In this document: positions 17,623 to 27,977 of the stretch, one piece after another
Layout: every line of letters starts with the position of its first letter
How positions within the stretch are numbered: the first letter of the stretch is position 1
DNA from: a virus
Lineage: Duplodnaviria; Caudoviricetes
Length of the DNA: 60,375 nucleotides
IMG/VR virus record: IMGVR_UViG_3300018036_002016
Location: 1 to 60,375 of that record
Strand: one strand, 5' to 3'
The notes under the pieces: generated by a model
Told to the model about the DNA's origin: nothing
What the model saw: the letters and a program-made list of their open reading frames with translations, nothing else
Database searches by the model: none
Translations under genes and position numbers: made by a program

Positions 17623-19452
17623 TTATTTCAATAAATCATAAATATCATATTGAAGATCTCCTTCATCTTGAGAATCTTTATAAAGCACTTCTTCCATTTT
17701 AGCATGTATACTTTGGTCTATTACGTCTAAAAGCTCTTCGATGTAGTCAGCATAGTCAGTCGTATTGAAGAATTCAGTGGCAGTTATACAACTCATTATT
17801 AAGTCGTCATTTCCCATTTGAGCACCATAACTTCCATTTGGAAGAGTTCCAAATAAGCTTGCCTCTCCTACTGTAAACTCATCCGTTATTTCCATTCTAT
17901 TATTTTTATACAACTTAGAGAAGTTTTGACAGAATATTGCTTTATTATCTGACTTTATTTTAATTCCAGGTTTTAAAGTTCTGCTATCATGTCTATGTTT
18001 AAATCGTACTAGCATTTCTTCATCAAAATCATTTCTTTGTGGAAAGACAGTTCTTAAATATTGAAATAGTACAGATCCATATGTATTATATTCTATGACT
18101 AGTTTTACATTTTCACTATAGAAAATATCTATTGCTAAAATATACAAAACTTTTGCAAAATCTTCTATTACTAATTCATTACTTCTAAATCTGGCAACTT
18201 GTTTAAACTTAAAAAAATCATACATTGCCCCTGGAGAATGAACACTTTCTATTTCTTTAAAGTCCATTGGAGAAACTTGAAACATATTTATGACTGAATA
18301 GTCTCCTCCATTTCCTTCTGCAATATCTACTGTAAATAGCCAATAATTATTACTATATCTAGCATCTTCTAGATCAAAATCAGGATGCCATTCTAAAAAT
18401 CCTTCAATATCAATACCAACGTCTTCAAACTCTTCTAAGTCGTGGTGTATGTACTTTTTCATCCTCTTTCTCATCCTTTTCATGTCTACAGGATCCATTA
18501 GTAGATTTGAAGAACTTACAAATTCGTTACCATATTGCTTATTGAATGCTTCAATTGAACCAAGGTTTCCAAGTTCTCTTTGGTACCATGCATCATCGCG
18601 CTCTGGATGTTCCCACCAATCAATTCGCATTGACTTATACTCATTATCACCGCGTTCCGCAGCAGCATAAATCTGATAGAACTTATTAAAACCATTTGGA
18701 GTTGAGGTAATCGTTAGCCTTGATACATTAGAAGCTGAAAGTGTAGGATAAACATTTTCATAAAACGAATCAGCAATAGAAGGATGTATGTGTGCAAACT
18801 CGTCAATGTACAGATTATGAATAGTAAAACCAATACCGGCTTTTGCTGTAGTAGATTGACCAATTAAACGACATCCATTATCACAACGAACATTCATTAC
18901 GTCGTATTTAATAATGCCCGGCTTCATAAAGAATGGAAGGTTTTCAATTACAACTTTTGCCTTATCGATGATTTCTTTTGTTGTATCGCTTTTATTTGCG
19001 AGTAAGAGAGTATTCTTATCAGTATTGAATGTGACATACCATGCATTATAAATAGATGCTGTTACTGTTTTACCCATCTGCCTTGATGCAAGTACAATAT
19101 TGAATCTTTCACTTTGAAAATTACGTAGCATTCTCTTTTGATATTCTCGTAATTTTACACGCTTAATACCATCATCTGTCATTACAACTGCATATTTCTC
19201 AGCAAAATATACAATATCAGTTGCACATCTTGCAAGTTCTGCAATTTCATCATCAGTATATTCAAAGACGATATTACCTTTTCTAAGAAATTGCTTACCC
19301 TCATAAAATGGCATCTTAACCTTAGGTCGATAACCCTGGTCAAGTGCTAGCAGTAGATCATTGATTTGTTTAGTTGACCAAACAATGCGATCAGATTGCA
19401 CGTCTCCTTCTTCTTTAGGAATCCATCTATTATCTCCTACATAATCACTCAT
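17623..19452 (-). CDS. Terminase large subunit (gp17-like)
   Basis: SRQMGKT Walker A, YIDEFAH Walker B, TSTPNG; nuclease motifs DIAEG.GGDYS and NDDL. Confidence 0.95.
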   Translation of the reverse strand: MSDYVGDNRWIPKEEGDVQSDRIVWSTKQINDLLLALDQGYRPKVKMPFYEGKQFLRKGNIVFEYTDDEIAELARCATDIVYFAEKYAVVMTDDGIKRVKLREYQKRMLRNFQSERFNIVLASRQMGKTVTASIYNAWYVTFNTDKNTLLLANKSDTTKEIIDKAKVVIENLPFFMKPGIIKYDVMNVRCDNGCRLIGQSTTAKAGIGFTIHNLYIDEFAHIHPSIADSFYENVYPTLSASNVSRLTITSTPNGFNKFYQIYAAAERGDNEYKSMRIDWWEHPERDDAWYQRELGNLGSIEAFNKQYGNEFVSSSNLLMDPVDMKRMRKRMKKYIHHDLEEFEDVGIDIEGFLEWHPDFDLEDARYSNNYWLFTVDIAEGNGGDYSVINMFQVSPMDFKEIESVHSPGAMYDFFKFKQVARFRSNELVIEDFAKVLYILAIDIFYSENVKLVIEYNTYGSVLFQYLRTVFPQRNDFDEEMLVRFKHRHDSRTLKPGIKIKSDNKAIFCQNFSKLYKNNRMEITDEFTVGEASLFGTLPNGSYGAQMGNDDLIMSCITATEFFNTTDYADYIEELLDVIDQSIHAKMEEVLYKDSQDEGDLQYDIYDLLK

Positions 19453-19619
19453 TCTTCGGTAGTTTGTTCAAATTCATCAACGATTTCAATTTCATCTTCT
19501 TTTTTTAATGCACATTCTGCACAGCACATAGATTCGCCGTGTTGTATATTTTGCATTGGTGAAAACATAGCCATTAACCCAGCCATAATTAAACCTATAA
19601 ATTGAAATGTTGCCTTCAT
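19449..19619 (-). CDS. 56-aa ORF with a hydrophobic N-terminus (MKATFQFIGLIMAGLMAMF...)
   Basis: Read by hand; fills the gp16-gp17 gap exactly, with an ATGA overlap at the gp17 start. Confidence 0.55.
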   Translation of the reverse strand: MKATFQFIGLIMAGLMAMFSPMQNIQHGESMCCAECALKKEDEIEIVDEFEQTTEE

Positions 19620-19620
19620 A

Positions 19621-20283
19621 TTATTCTTCAGTATCGTCTATTTCAATATCTGTTATATCATCTTCATTGTTTCCATTCTTAATACCTGCCTGTATTGCTG
19701 CCATTAAATCTTTTGTTCCTCTTTGGATATTTCTACTTCCAGAATCTCCTCCACTCTCTTCAATTTCTCTAATATCATCTCTCTTTTTATAGATTTCAAT
19801 ATCGCGAGCAATTCGCTTTGCTGATTCTTCAGCAGCCATTAAATACATTGTCTGTGACTTAATTATATCAAGCATTGATTTTTGGAGTGTTGCTAGCACC
19901 TCAAACATTCGAGGTGCAAGTTCTCCTGCTTCAATAGTTTCTAACAGTGTTGTCAGTGCTCTTTCACCAGCTTGAAGCTGATAGATTAAAGAAGACATAG
20001 TCATCTCATCCATCTTTTTCTTAGCTTGAATATATTCATCTTTCTCAATTATATCTGAATCAAGATAGAACTTCATTAGACTTGTGATTGTTTTCTTAGC
20101 CTTATCTGTTGATCTTGATTTAATATCTGCATAATTTACTGAAGGAAGAGATGTCGGCTGTCGCACGATTGCACTATCAGTAGGATCCGTCTCTATATCA
20201 AGAGACTCATCATCCCCAATTAAATCATCCAATTCTCGGCGGATTTCATCAGCCTGATCTTTTATACTTCGGTTCTCACTCAT
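19621..20283 (-). CDS. Terminase small subunit (gp16-like)
   Basis: APRMFEVLATL motif and GTKDLM tail; upstream of the large subunit. Confidence 0.7.
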   Translation of the reverse strand: MSENRSIKDQADEIRRELDDLIGDDESLDIETDPTDSAIVRQPTSLPSVNYADIKSRSTDKAKKTITSLMKFYLDSDIIEKDEYIQAKKKMDEMTMSSLIYQLQAGERALTTLLETIEAGELAPRMFEVLATLQKSMLDIIKSQTMYLMAAEESAKRIARDIEIYKKRDDIREIEESGGDSGSRNIQRGTKDLMAAIQAGIKNGNNEDDITDIEIDDTEE

Positions 20284-20314
20284 AAATCTTAAGTTAGTAA
20301 GATATGTATCAATA

Positions 20315-22306
20315 TTATCTTGGGTTACTGTATTGTCTTAATCTAATCGATGGGATTGCATTATCTGTTATAATTGATAAATCAGAATCTCTGACAACAT
20401 ATTGCTGCAACACATTCATATGCTGCTCATCTTCTATTACTTTTTTAAATACTCTAATGTTTGTCATATTTATTGGAGATGCCGAAAGGCTCCATCCTTT
20501 TCCGGCATCCCAGCTTACAGGTGATAATAGATTTATTAATTCGGTTGTAAAATTACTAAATGTACCTGTTTTTTGGTGTGGCAAAGTTTTGTTAGAATCA
20601 GGATCTAATCTATATAAATGTATTCCAACTTGATTAGATGTATTATTTATATTTAAGACATATCCATACCACACATTAAATTCTAGCTGATTTGGAAGTG
20701 TAAATGTGTTTATTTGCCCATTTATAGAAACTTCAATTTCTGTTTGGCTTATTGCAAGAGAAAGACCATTAGATAAATCTAGTTCAGATCTACCATCAAA
20801 AAATACATATTTTTCAGTGTCTGCTGTTTTAAATTGTGGTCTAATCCAACCTGTTAATGCTAAATTATTTGATTCAGCGAGTTGTGATTTTGCGTTATAT
20901 GTTAATGCAAACCTTTCACCAGATTCAACTTGATTTAGTTGATAATTATTTTTAGATATTAGAGTCCATCTATTTCTAATTTCAGCATCTTGTATTTGCA
21001 GTGTAGGATGTTTACTAAATCTTATAGAATCATCCAATTCTTGATATACTGTCTTAAATTGCTGCGGTTTGGTTACTTTCTGAACTTCTTGTTCAATTTC
21101 TTCGCCAAATACCTCTTCAATTCCAGTTACTAAATCGTCAACATGCTGCTCGATTACAGTATCGGTGTGAATTGAACTTGTTCTTTCTTCATATTTTCTA
21201 AGCTGAACTCTCCAGTATGTCATTGTTAGATTAAATTCATCAGCCAATGCTACACTGCTAACTTCGTACATTCGATTTATTATAGGAAAATATAGATAAT
21301 CTCTACTATTAGGTGTCTTATTTAACCCAAACACAGATGTAAATGCTTCTCCTAAAACATGAATCTCAAATTCTTCAAAGTCCATTCCAAATATGTCGAA
21401 ATTAAACTCTCTTGTTGGGAATGCATTATCTGGGACTAAAACTTTTATATTCGCCTCATCTACAACATTGTATAGAGAATATTCCATTAGTATTACATCT
21501 CTACTCCTATTATCTGGCTCAACCCTAAAGTATTGCACTTCATGTCCCCACATATTATTAGCAAGTGAGCTTAATTGTCTATAAACAGATGTTGGTTTCT
21601 TTAAATTGTATGGATTCCAGATAGGATCGCTACAATCAATCACAATATTTGCACAACCGTCCATTGCATATGGATCTGTACATTCTTCACACCAGTTAGG
21701 ACATGAAATAATTTGCCCGTCTGTTGTTTGTAGTTCAAATGTTATGCTAAGTAGAGAGATTGAAGATCCACTTGAAAGTCTTTCAACTTCAGCCCTAACG
21801 TCTATCCAAAGTGGCTTTGTATCGTCGAACGTTTTTGCTAGAAGATCTCCAGCATTTGTATTTTTATTTAATTCAGAAAATTCACTAAACTGACCACCAT
21901 CTATAGATTCACTCTGTGACCATCTATATTGGAATGTAAAATAATTATTTAAATCTTCCGGTAAGTAAAAAATAAAATCTCCAGTAATTGGAGAAGTAGT
22001 GTCTATTTCAACACCGGTAGCGTCTAATACCTGGTCGACTGTAAAGTTATTAGAATCTATTATTTGATTGACTCTAAATGTTAAGTTTCCTATAATAAAT
22101 TTATCACCTGTTTGAAAATTTAGATTTGTACTAATTCCTGTAACATTTTGAGAACCTGTAAGAAACCGTAATTTTCCAACAGTTGTTGGATTACTTACAC
22201 CCGCAATTATAGTCCAATCAGATACTTGAACTATATTTGAATAGGATTCTCTTAATTTAGCAATAAATGAGTCTCCAATCTGATTTGATGTAAAACTATT
22301 AACCAT
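20315..22306 (-). CDS. gp14-like neck protein fused to extra beta-rich domains
   Basis: Central GHEVQYF, DVILMEY and PNSRDYLYFPIINRMYEV; LamG-like C-terminus. Confidence 0.6.
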   Translation of the reverse strand: MVNSFTSNQIGDSFIAKLRESYSNIVQVSDWTIIAGVSNPTTVGKLRFLTGSQNVTGISTNLNFQTGDKFIIGNLTFRVNQIIDSNNFTVDQVLDATGVEIDTTSPITGDFIFYLPEDLNNYFTFQYRWSQSESIDGGQFSEFSELNKNTNAGDLLAKTFDDTKPLWIDVRAEVERLSSGSSISLLSITFELQTTDGQIISCPNWCEECTDPYAMDGCANIVIDCSDPIWNPYNLKKPTSVYRQLSSLANNMWGHEVQYFRVEPDNRSRDVILMEYSLYNVVDEANIKVLVPDNAFPTREFNFDIFGMDFEEFEIHVLGEAFTSVFGLNKTPNSRDYLYFPIINRMYEVSSVALADEFNLTMTYWRVQLRKYEERTSSIHTDTVIEQHVDDLVTGIEEVFGEEIEQEVQKVTKPQQFKTVYQELDDSIRFSKHPTLQIQDAEIRNRWTLISKNNYQLNQVESGERFALTYNAKSQLAESNNLALTGWIRPQFKTADTEKYVFFDGRSELDLSNGLSLAISQTEIEVSINGQINTFTLPNQLEFNVWYGYVLNINNTSNQVGIHLYRLDPDSNKTLPHQKTGTFSNFTTELINLLSPVSWDAGKGWSLSASPINMTNIRVFKKVIEDEQHMNVLQQYVVRDSDLSIITDNAIPSIRLRQYSNPR

Positions 22307-22701
22307 TACTTTTTAATCTTATCTTGTGGAGTAAATACTTCGCCAGCAATCCAGCTAGCAACAAAACCAGTTAAAGAAACAAAATACACTGCTAGATCAT
22401 TAAGATCCGACTTAAACCATATTGCTGCTGCTCCGGCAATTGCCCATAAGCTAACAACAACATAAATCATCATCTCTCTACGAGAACTTGGCCCTTTTTC
22501 TAAAATTCCACTTTTTTCAGAGGGTCTCTTTGATTCTCCCCATATATATGTTGCAACATACGCTGTTAATGAACCAAAATAAACTGCAAGATCTTTTAAA
22601 TCAGATTCTCTAAAGGCTCCTAATATTCCCATTAGAACCCATAGCCCAACTGTTAGATATACTAACCCTTCTCTTTTTCCGATTTTTGACATAAGATTCA
22701 A
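22306..22701 (-). CDS. Four-TM membrane protein with internal duplication (holin candidate)
   Basis: DLKDLAVYFGSLTAYVATYIWGE and DLNDLAVYFVSLTGFVASWIAGE. Confidence 0.55.
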   Translation of the reverse strand: MNLMSKIGKREGLVYLTVGLWVLMGILGAFRESDLKDLAVYFGSLTAYVATYIWGESKRPSEKSGILEKGPSSRREMMIYVVVSLWAIAGAAAIWFKSDLNDLAVYFVSLTGFVASWIAGEVFTPQDKIKK

Positions 22702-22712
22702 GATATTTTTCT

Positions 22713-23363
22713 TTATATATCTGAATCATAATCTGTAATAATGAGAACTTCTGGATTATCTAATTCATAAGGCTCTAGAGCCTCTGCAAAAACACCCATT
22801 GCCTGTGCAACTTCACTAGTATTTACAGAAGTTAAATATACATCTAATTTAGAAATAAAATCTGATAGCCTTAATTTTTTGTAATGTTCATCTTTTAGTA
22901 AGATTTTTGAATTTACTAAAATTGAATTTACTAAGTGTAAATCATGCTTATTAAAATGATCGAATGTTCTAAATGTGCCTCTAACCGTTTTTATAGAAAA
23001 CTTAATTGTTTTAATTTCATCTACTTCAACTATTCTGGAGTAATTAGCATTTTTAATTAAATTGATCTTAATCCACCTGAGAGCAGCCATTTCTATTAAA
23101 AGCTTCCATATAAAATATACAGATGTAGCTTCCTTGTATGCAAGTGCTCCTTCTACAGCATTAAACGCATTAATTTCATTTTTAAAATTATCTATGATAA
23201 TCTTTTTAAAATCATCAACTCCTATTAAAACAGAGTTTTCATTAATTTTTCGGTGATTATCATTTCTTTTAACCAAGCCCCAGAGCTTGGAGTCTACACT
23301 ATTATATTTATGTAATACAATATCGACAATTTCTGTGAATATATCTTTATCTTGAGTAGACAT
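22713..23363 (-). CDS. Hypothetical protein
   Basis: Intact ORF in the operon. Confidence 0.6.
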   Translation of the reverse strand: MSTQDKDIFTEIVDIVLHKYNSVDSKLWGLVKRNDNHRKINENSVLIGVDDFKKIIIDNFKNEINAFNAVEGALAYKEATSVYFIWKLLIEMAALRWIKINLIKNANYSRIVEVDEIKTIKFSIKTVRGTFRTFDHFNKHDLHLVNSILVNSKILLKDEHYKKLRLSDFISKLDVYLTSVNTSEVAQAMGVFAEALEPYELDNPEVLIITDYDSDI

Positions 23364-23775
23364 CTATTTGCTTCTCTATTTTTTGAAGATCTGAAAAAAG
23401 CTCATCTTTTGCAAATGTTTTTAGTTCTTGAAATTCTCTAGAACCAATTTCATTTTTTTCCATAAAAAGCTTTACCGCAATATCGCTTGGAATATATTTA
23501 TCTTTTTCATTCTTTACTGACCTTTTTGTTTTAGTGTAAATCCAACCAGGTACACTTTTAAATCGAGAAGCAACCATAGACCAGCTTTCAACTACATTAG
23601 CACCATTAATGCCATTAATATTAAATAATTCGGCATTAGCCGGATACTTAATTGCAAAAAAACGATTAATCATGAAGTGATGTCGTTTTTTATTTAATTG
23701 CTTAATTTTTTTATATTCATTTGGCTTTGTAAATAGAATTTTTACAAAGTCAAATAGTTTCGTTTCGTCTAGCAT
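23347..23775 (-). CDS. Possible clamp loader small subunit (gp62-like)
   Basis: LFDFVK...FMINRFFA...AELFN...WIYTK pattern; close to gp44. Confidence 0.5.
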   Translation of the reverse strand: MLDETKLFDFVKILFTKPNEYKKIKQLNKKRHHFMINRFFAIKYPANAELFNINGINGANVVESWSMVASRFKSVPGWIYTKTKRSVKNEKDKYIPSDIAVKLFMEKNEIGSREFQELKTFAKDELFSDLQKIEKQIDVYSR

Positions 23776-23958
23776 TTATTTAATCCATTCGCTAAATGCC
23801 TGTGAGTAGGCATCTACCAGTTTATAATACTCATCATCTTTATTCTCATCATAAAGAAACATTGCTGTTTTTTGAACTTCAAAACGTAAAGAATATGCCT
23901 CGGCCTCAGTGAGTATTTCATCAATAGTAAACATATCCTGTAATGTTAGTTCTTTCAT
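23776..23958 (-). CDS. Small hypothetical protein
   Basis: Translationally coupled ORF. Confidence 0.55.
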   Translation of the reverse strand: MKELTLQDMFTIDEILTEAEAYSLRFEVQKTAMFLYDENKDDEYYKLVDAYSQAFSEWIK

Positions 23959-25223
23959 TAGAATAAGTTATTTAAGTTTTTAGTCTTTGGCTTCACTTCT
24001 GTTTCAGTTTTTTTACCAACTTTTTTAAGAGGTTTTTTATTTTCTTGAGGAATATCAAAGTCTTCAAAAACATCAGTTCCCTTTGGAGCAGAAGATCCAG
24101 TTAACCAATGGGTTCCTTCTAAAATCTTATCTTTATCTAAAAGCCTACTAAAATGTTCTACTGCACCTTCCCATTCAGCATCAATTTCTTTAAAAATAGC
24201 TTTTTGAATTGCTTCTGGGATAATTCGGTTATGCAATAACATGAGGGATATGTTATTATTGAGAGAAGATTTAATTAAACCGACAGTGCTCTTAGCAACT
24301 ACTCGATAAATAATCTCAGTCAATCTTGATTTTTGTTCATTGGAAAACAGATAATCAATTTCAAAGCTATCAAATTCTTTAACATATTGATCCCATATTT
24401 TATCTGCCATCTTTTCAGTAATGGAGTAGTTTCGCAATTTACCATTTTTCATTTCTTTCTGCCAAGTCACTACAGAAGGAATATTATCGCTGCTATCTCC
24501 CATTAAAATCTTTTTAAAGATAAATTCGTCACAATCAACATCAATGACTTCAATTTTATTTTTTTGAATCCAATTTAAGATTTGAAGTTGATAATCATCG
24601 CGTGACATGTGAGATCCTCCCATATTAAAGAGCATTTCATCATCTGTTAATTTTTCAGAAGCCAATTTTTCCATATCGGATTTAAATCCAGGATATGCAT
24701 ATAGGGTTTTCTTAGAATTATAGAACCAAATAGTGTGAGCATCGTTTGCAACTGAATGATTGACTAGTTGAATTAGATCTCTATCACCAGTCCATACAAT
24801 ACATGATTTTCCACGATCGTTTAGAGCAACTGACCATCCAAAAATTACATCATCTGCTTCAGCGCCTTGTGTCTGTTGTATTGTTACGCCATGATTTTTA
24901 AGAATTTTTTGAAATTCTTCATATACTTCAAATACAGCTGTCCAATCAACAGAGTCGTCTTGTGTTCGAGTTCCTTTATAATTAGCTTCAGGATACAAAT
25001 CTTTTCGCCATGATTTAGAATCAACCGCAACTACAACATCATCTACAAATCCTTGTAGTTTACGCATTTCAGATGCAAAATCAATAGCAAGCTTACGCAT
25101 AAATTGCGATCTTGAATTTGTATCTCCTAAAAGCTTAGAGCCTTTAGGTCTAGGCAATACAAATAATCTACTAAATAGAAAATAGTTGCCATCAATAAGT
25201 AGTGTGTGTTTTCCCACTTTCAT
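23958..25223 (-). CDS. rnh: RNase H / 5'-3' flap exonuclease (T4 Rnh-like)
   Basis: LLIDGN, WRKDLYP..YKGTR, EADD, TGDRDLIQL and GDSSDNIP. Confidence 0.9.
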   Translation of the reverse strand: MKVGKHTLLIDGNYFLFSRLFVLPRPKGSKLLGDTNSRSQFMRKLAIDFASEMRKLQGFVDDVVVAVDSKSWRKDLYPEANYKGTRTQDDSVDWTAVFEVYEEFQKILKNHGVTIQQTQGAEADDVIFGWSVALNDRGKSCIVWTGDRDLIQLVNHSVANDAHTIWFYNSKKTLYAYPGFKSDMEKLASEKLTDDEMLFNMGGSHMSRDDYQLQILNWIQKNKIEVIDVDCDEFIFKKILMGDSSDNIPSVVTWQKEMKNGKLRNYSITEKMADKIWDQYVKEFDSFEIDYLFSNEQKSRLTEIIYRVVAKSTVGLIKSSLNNNISLMLLHNRIIPEAIQKAIFKEIDAEWEGAVEHFSRLLDKDKILEGTHWLTGSSAPKGTDVFEDFDIPQENKKPLKKVGKKTETEVKPKTKNLNNLF

Positions 25224-25289
25224 ATTCTATGTTTTTACAGATCTAATATAATCATTTTTCATGACATAAAAAAATCCGTGTGATATTTT

Positions 25290-26246
25290 TTATGATTTTA
25301 TTATCGTCTGTAGAGAATATACGCAGCTCAACATTGTAATTACTGGATCAATTACATGAATTCGCTGTGCTTGGTGTTGTGCAACATTTACAATAATCTG
25401 TGGAATGTGTTTAACACTTTGCTGTTTCTCTTGTTGTATGTATTCAATAAATTCGGCGCCTAATGCTGCTAGAACATCATCTACTCTGTTAGAATAGTTA
25501 CTAACCAGCATTTGATAGTTTTTAGTAGGATCTGTTTCATTAAACACTAGTTCAAACACATCTTTATATACTGAATTAAATCTCTTTACATCATTAATAG
25601 AAATAGTGTTTGTTCCTTGTGTTTTAAATCCTTGTAATTTATTAAGAGTACTTCTCAGATCTGGAAAATTACGGCGAACAAATTCAACAAGTGCTGGTTT
25701 TTCAATACTCATATCTTCATTGCCACAGATTTGATACACACGCTTAATGTATTTTTTGGTCAATTCCGACTCCTCTTCTTTATCAAAGTCAAAGTTAATG
25801 ACTTCAAATCGCGATAGAATCGGATCTGGTAGTTTATTAATATAGTTACAAGTTGCAATAAAACGAGAGTTAGATGCAAACTGTTCCATCGTAGCACGCA
25901 ATGCCTTAAAGAATTGGTCTGATACTCCGTCAACCTCATCCAAAATCACTACCTTAAAGCTACCAGCTTTATCTATAATAGAGACTGTTGAACAAAAATC
26001 AATAATGCGGGTTCTAATCACATCTACTGAAGTGTCTGTTGATGCGTTAATGTAAAGATATGGTAGTTCAAATTGATTTACAATTGCCTTTGCTGTAGAT
26101 GTCTTTCCAGTACCTGGACTTCCTGCAAATAACATATTTTGAACTAAACCATCTTTAAATTTAGACATTACCCTATCCGGTAGAATTAGCTCTTCTAAAT
26201 TCTTTGGTCGGTACTTTTCAGTAAATAACTGATTTATTGATTGCAT
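25290..26246 (-). CDS. Clamp loader large subunit (gp44-like)
   Basis: EKYRP, GSPGTGKT, ILDEVD, SRF and PDLR; start placed at the ATG downstream of the class 2 promoter. Confidence 0.93.
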   Translation of the reverse strand: MQSINQLFTEKYRPKNLEELILPDRVMSKFKDGLVQNMLFAGSPGTGKTSTAKAIVNQFELPYLYINASTDTSVDVIRTRIIDFCSTVSIIDKAGSFKVVILDEVDGVSDQFFKALRATMEQFASNSRFIATCNYINKLPDPILSRFEVINFDFDKEEESELTKKYIKRVYQICGNEDMSIEKPALVEFVRRNFPDLRSTLNKLQGFKTQGTNTISINDVKRFNSVYKDVFELVFNETDPTKNYQMLVSNYSNRVDDVLAALGAEFIEYIQQEKQQSVKHIPQIIVNVAQHQAQRIHVIDPVITMLSCVYSLQTIIKS

Positions 26247-26262
26247 ACTATTATCTTTAGTA

Positions 26263-26291
26263 ATTATATTCACCTAGTGATGATTTGTTTC
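26263..26291 (-). promoter_or_regulatory. Class 2 promoter GAAAC-N18-TATAAT upstream of gp44
   Basis: Motif copy with a spacer one base longer. Confidence 0.65.
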
Positions 26292-26308
26292 CTAAATAAA
26301 TAGATTAT

Positions 26309-26818
26309 ATGGCCATAAATTACTCAAAGATTAATATTGTTAGGAATAGTTCTGGAAAAGGAGCTAGGTTTGGAATTGTCCTAAAATATTTACCTAAGTC
26401 CTTTAGACAATTTCTAATTAGACATAAAAATATGTATAGATGGGCTGAATCTGATCAATTTGTCGAATGTGCACTAAAACTACAGAGGCCTAAAATTAAA
26501 AACTCATCTGCTATTAAAATATATTGGGACCGTTCTGAAATGACAGCGGTTGATAAGGAAACACTCGTAAATAACTATAACCAAATCGATTGGAAATGCG
26601 CTATATCGGGAAAACCTATTAAATCAAAGTTTATGAATTTTGATTTACAAAATTTTATACACCCAGAATACTATGATATTTTAAGCGCACCTATGGTAGA
26701 TAGTAGAATATTAAAAAGTTCAATTGAATTTCGTAAAAAATGTAAAGAACTCTTGCTTAGTGAAAGACAAGAGTTCCTTAATATGGCTCGTAAAAACGCT
26801 CGTAAAAAATTAGATTAG
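26309..26818 (+). CDS. Basic hypothetical protein; the only convincing plus-strand gene
   Basis: 169-aa ORF occupying a gap with no minus-strand gene. Confidence 0.7.
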   Translation: MAINYSKINIVRNSSGKGARFGIVLKYLPKSFRQFLIRHKNMYRWAESDQFVECALKLQRPKIKNSSAIKIYWDRSEMTAVDKETLVNNYNQIDWKCAISGKPIKSKFMNFDLQNFIHPEYYDILSAPMVDSRILKSSIEFRKKCKELLLSERQEFLNMARKNARKKLD

Positions 26819-27945
26819 AGCATTTCGAATTCTCTTTCTAGACTAATTAATTCAGCTTCTAGAAGAGATCCATGTTTAGTGTATTTTAAGAATAAGGATT
26901 CTTTAGCCTCGATTTTTGCTTTAAGGTCTTTTGCTTTTTGTAACTTTGCCTCGTCACCAGATTCTTCTGCTTTTTTAATTAGAGCATCAATTCTTTTAAG
27001 TTGACCTTCTTTTGAATTATCTGTTTTATCTACTTTTTCTTCAGAATCTGTTTTATCTACTTTTTCTTCAGAATCTGTTTTGGCAGGAGTTTCTCCTTTT
27101 AATTCGGAAATTCTTTTATTAGCCATATCAATTGCTGATTGAATTTGCTCCTTTTCAGCCTCGTCTTCAGATGACTCTAATTTTTTCTTAAGATTTTCTT
27201 TTTCTTCTTCTAATTTTGCAATTTGTTCATCTTCTGGTCCTAGTTTAGCCTCTGCTTCTTCGGCAGCAGCTTTCTCAGCGTTAACTTTATTTTCTAGGCT
27301 CTCTTCTGCATTTTTTAGTTGCTCTTCAAATCTTTCTTTCTGTGAAGGTGATAAATCTCCCTTTAACATTATTTCAGCAACATTGATTTGAGTTTGGGAT
27401 CTAAGACTTGCAAGAAAGTCTTTGTATTTTTCCCATTTAGAATCAAGTGTTTTATCAAGGTCATCTGCCTTTTGAGACATTATGTTTGCTTTGGTCTTTA
27501 ACGCTTCTGCCTTTTTTTGCTGCTTTTCATCTCCTCCTTTTAATTTACTTAAACCTACTTCAATTTCAGCAACTTTCATTTTAACAGAATCAACCTTAGC
27601 ATAATCCTTTCTAAGCTTTTTCTTCTGGGTTATATTTTTTATCAATGCAAATATTCCAAGACCTACTCCTGCTCCGGCAGCAGCAGCACCGCCTGCTAAG
27701 ATAATTGGTATCATATATAATTCAGAAGACATTAAAGATCCTACTAAATCTCCTTCGTTTACTAACTCTGATTCAGTTACATGTTCTTTATCTAGATTTG
27801 CAGCAAGGGCCTCTAAATCTCTAATTATAGTATCGACATCACTTACTATCTCTGTTCTAATGGAATCTTGCTTTACGTCAATTGCCACGTCTGGCTTAAT
27901 ATCGGCAAATTCTTCTAATAGCATTAATTTTTTTGATAACTTCAT
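26815..27945 (-). CDS. Coiled-coil protein with one hydrophobic segment; putative virion protein
   Basis: Class 3 promoter at 27970, tag-like N-terminus (LLEEF), Gly/Ala-rich TM-like stretch. Confidence 0.6.
   Translation of the reverse strand: MKLSKKLMLLEEFADIKPDVAIDVKQDSIRTEIVSDVDTIIRDLEALAANLDKEHVTESELVNEGDLVGSLMSSELYMIPIILAGGAAAAGAGVGLGIFALIKNITQKKKLRKDYAKVDSVKMKVAEIEVGLSKLKGGDEKQQKKAEALKTKANIMSQKADDLDKTLDSKWEKYKDFLASLRSQTQINVAEIMLKGDLSPSQKERFEEQLKNAEESLENKVNAEKAAAEEAEAKLGPEDEQIAKLEEEKENLKKKLESSEDEAEKEQIQSAIDMANKRISELKGETPAKTDSEEKVDKTDSEEKVDKTDNSKEGQLKRIDALIKKAEESGDEAKLQKAKDLKAKIEAKESLFLKYTKHGSLLEAELISLEREFEML
27019..27081. repeat. 27-bp tandem repeat, about 2.3 copies (encodes KTDSEEKVD)
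   Basis: atctgttttatctactttttcttcaga repeated. Confidence 0.9.
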
Positions 27946-27977
27946 TTCTATAGTTTTCTATTTATAATCTATATATC

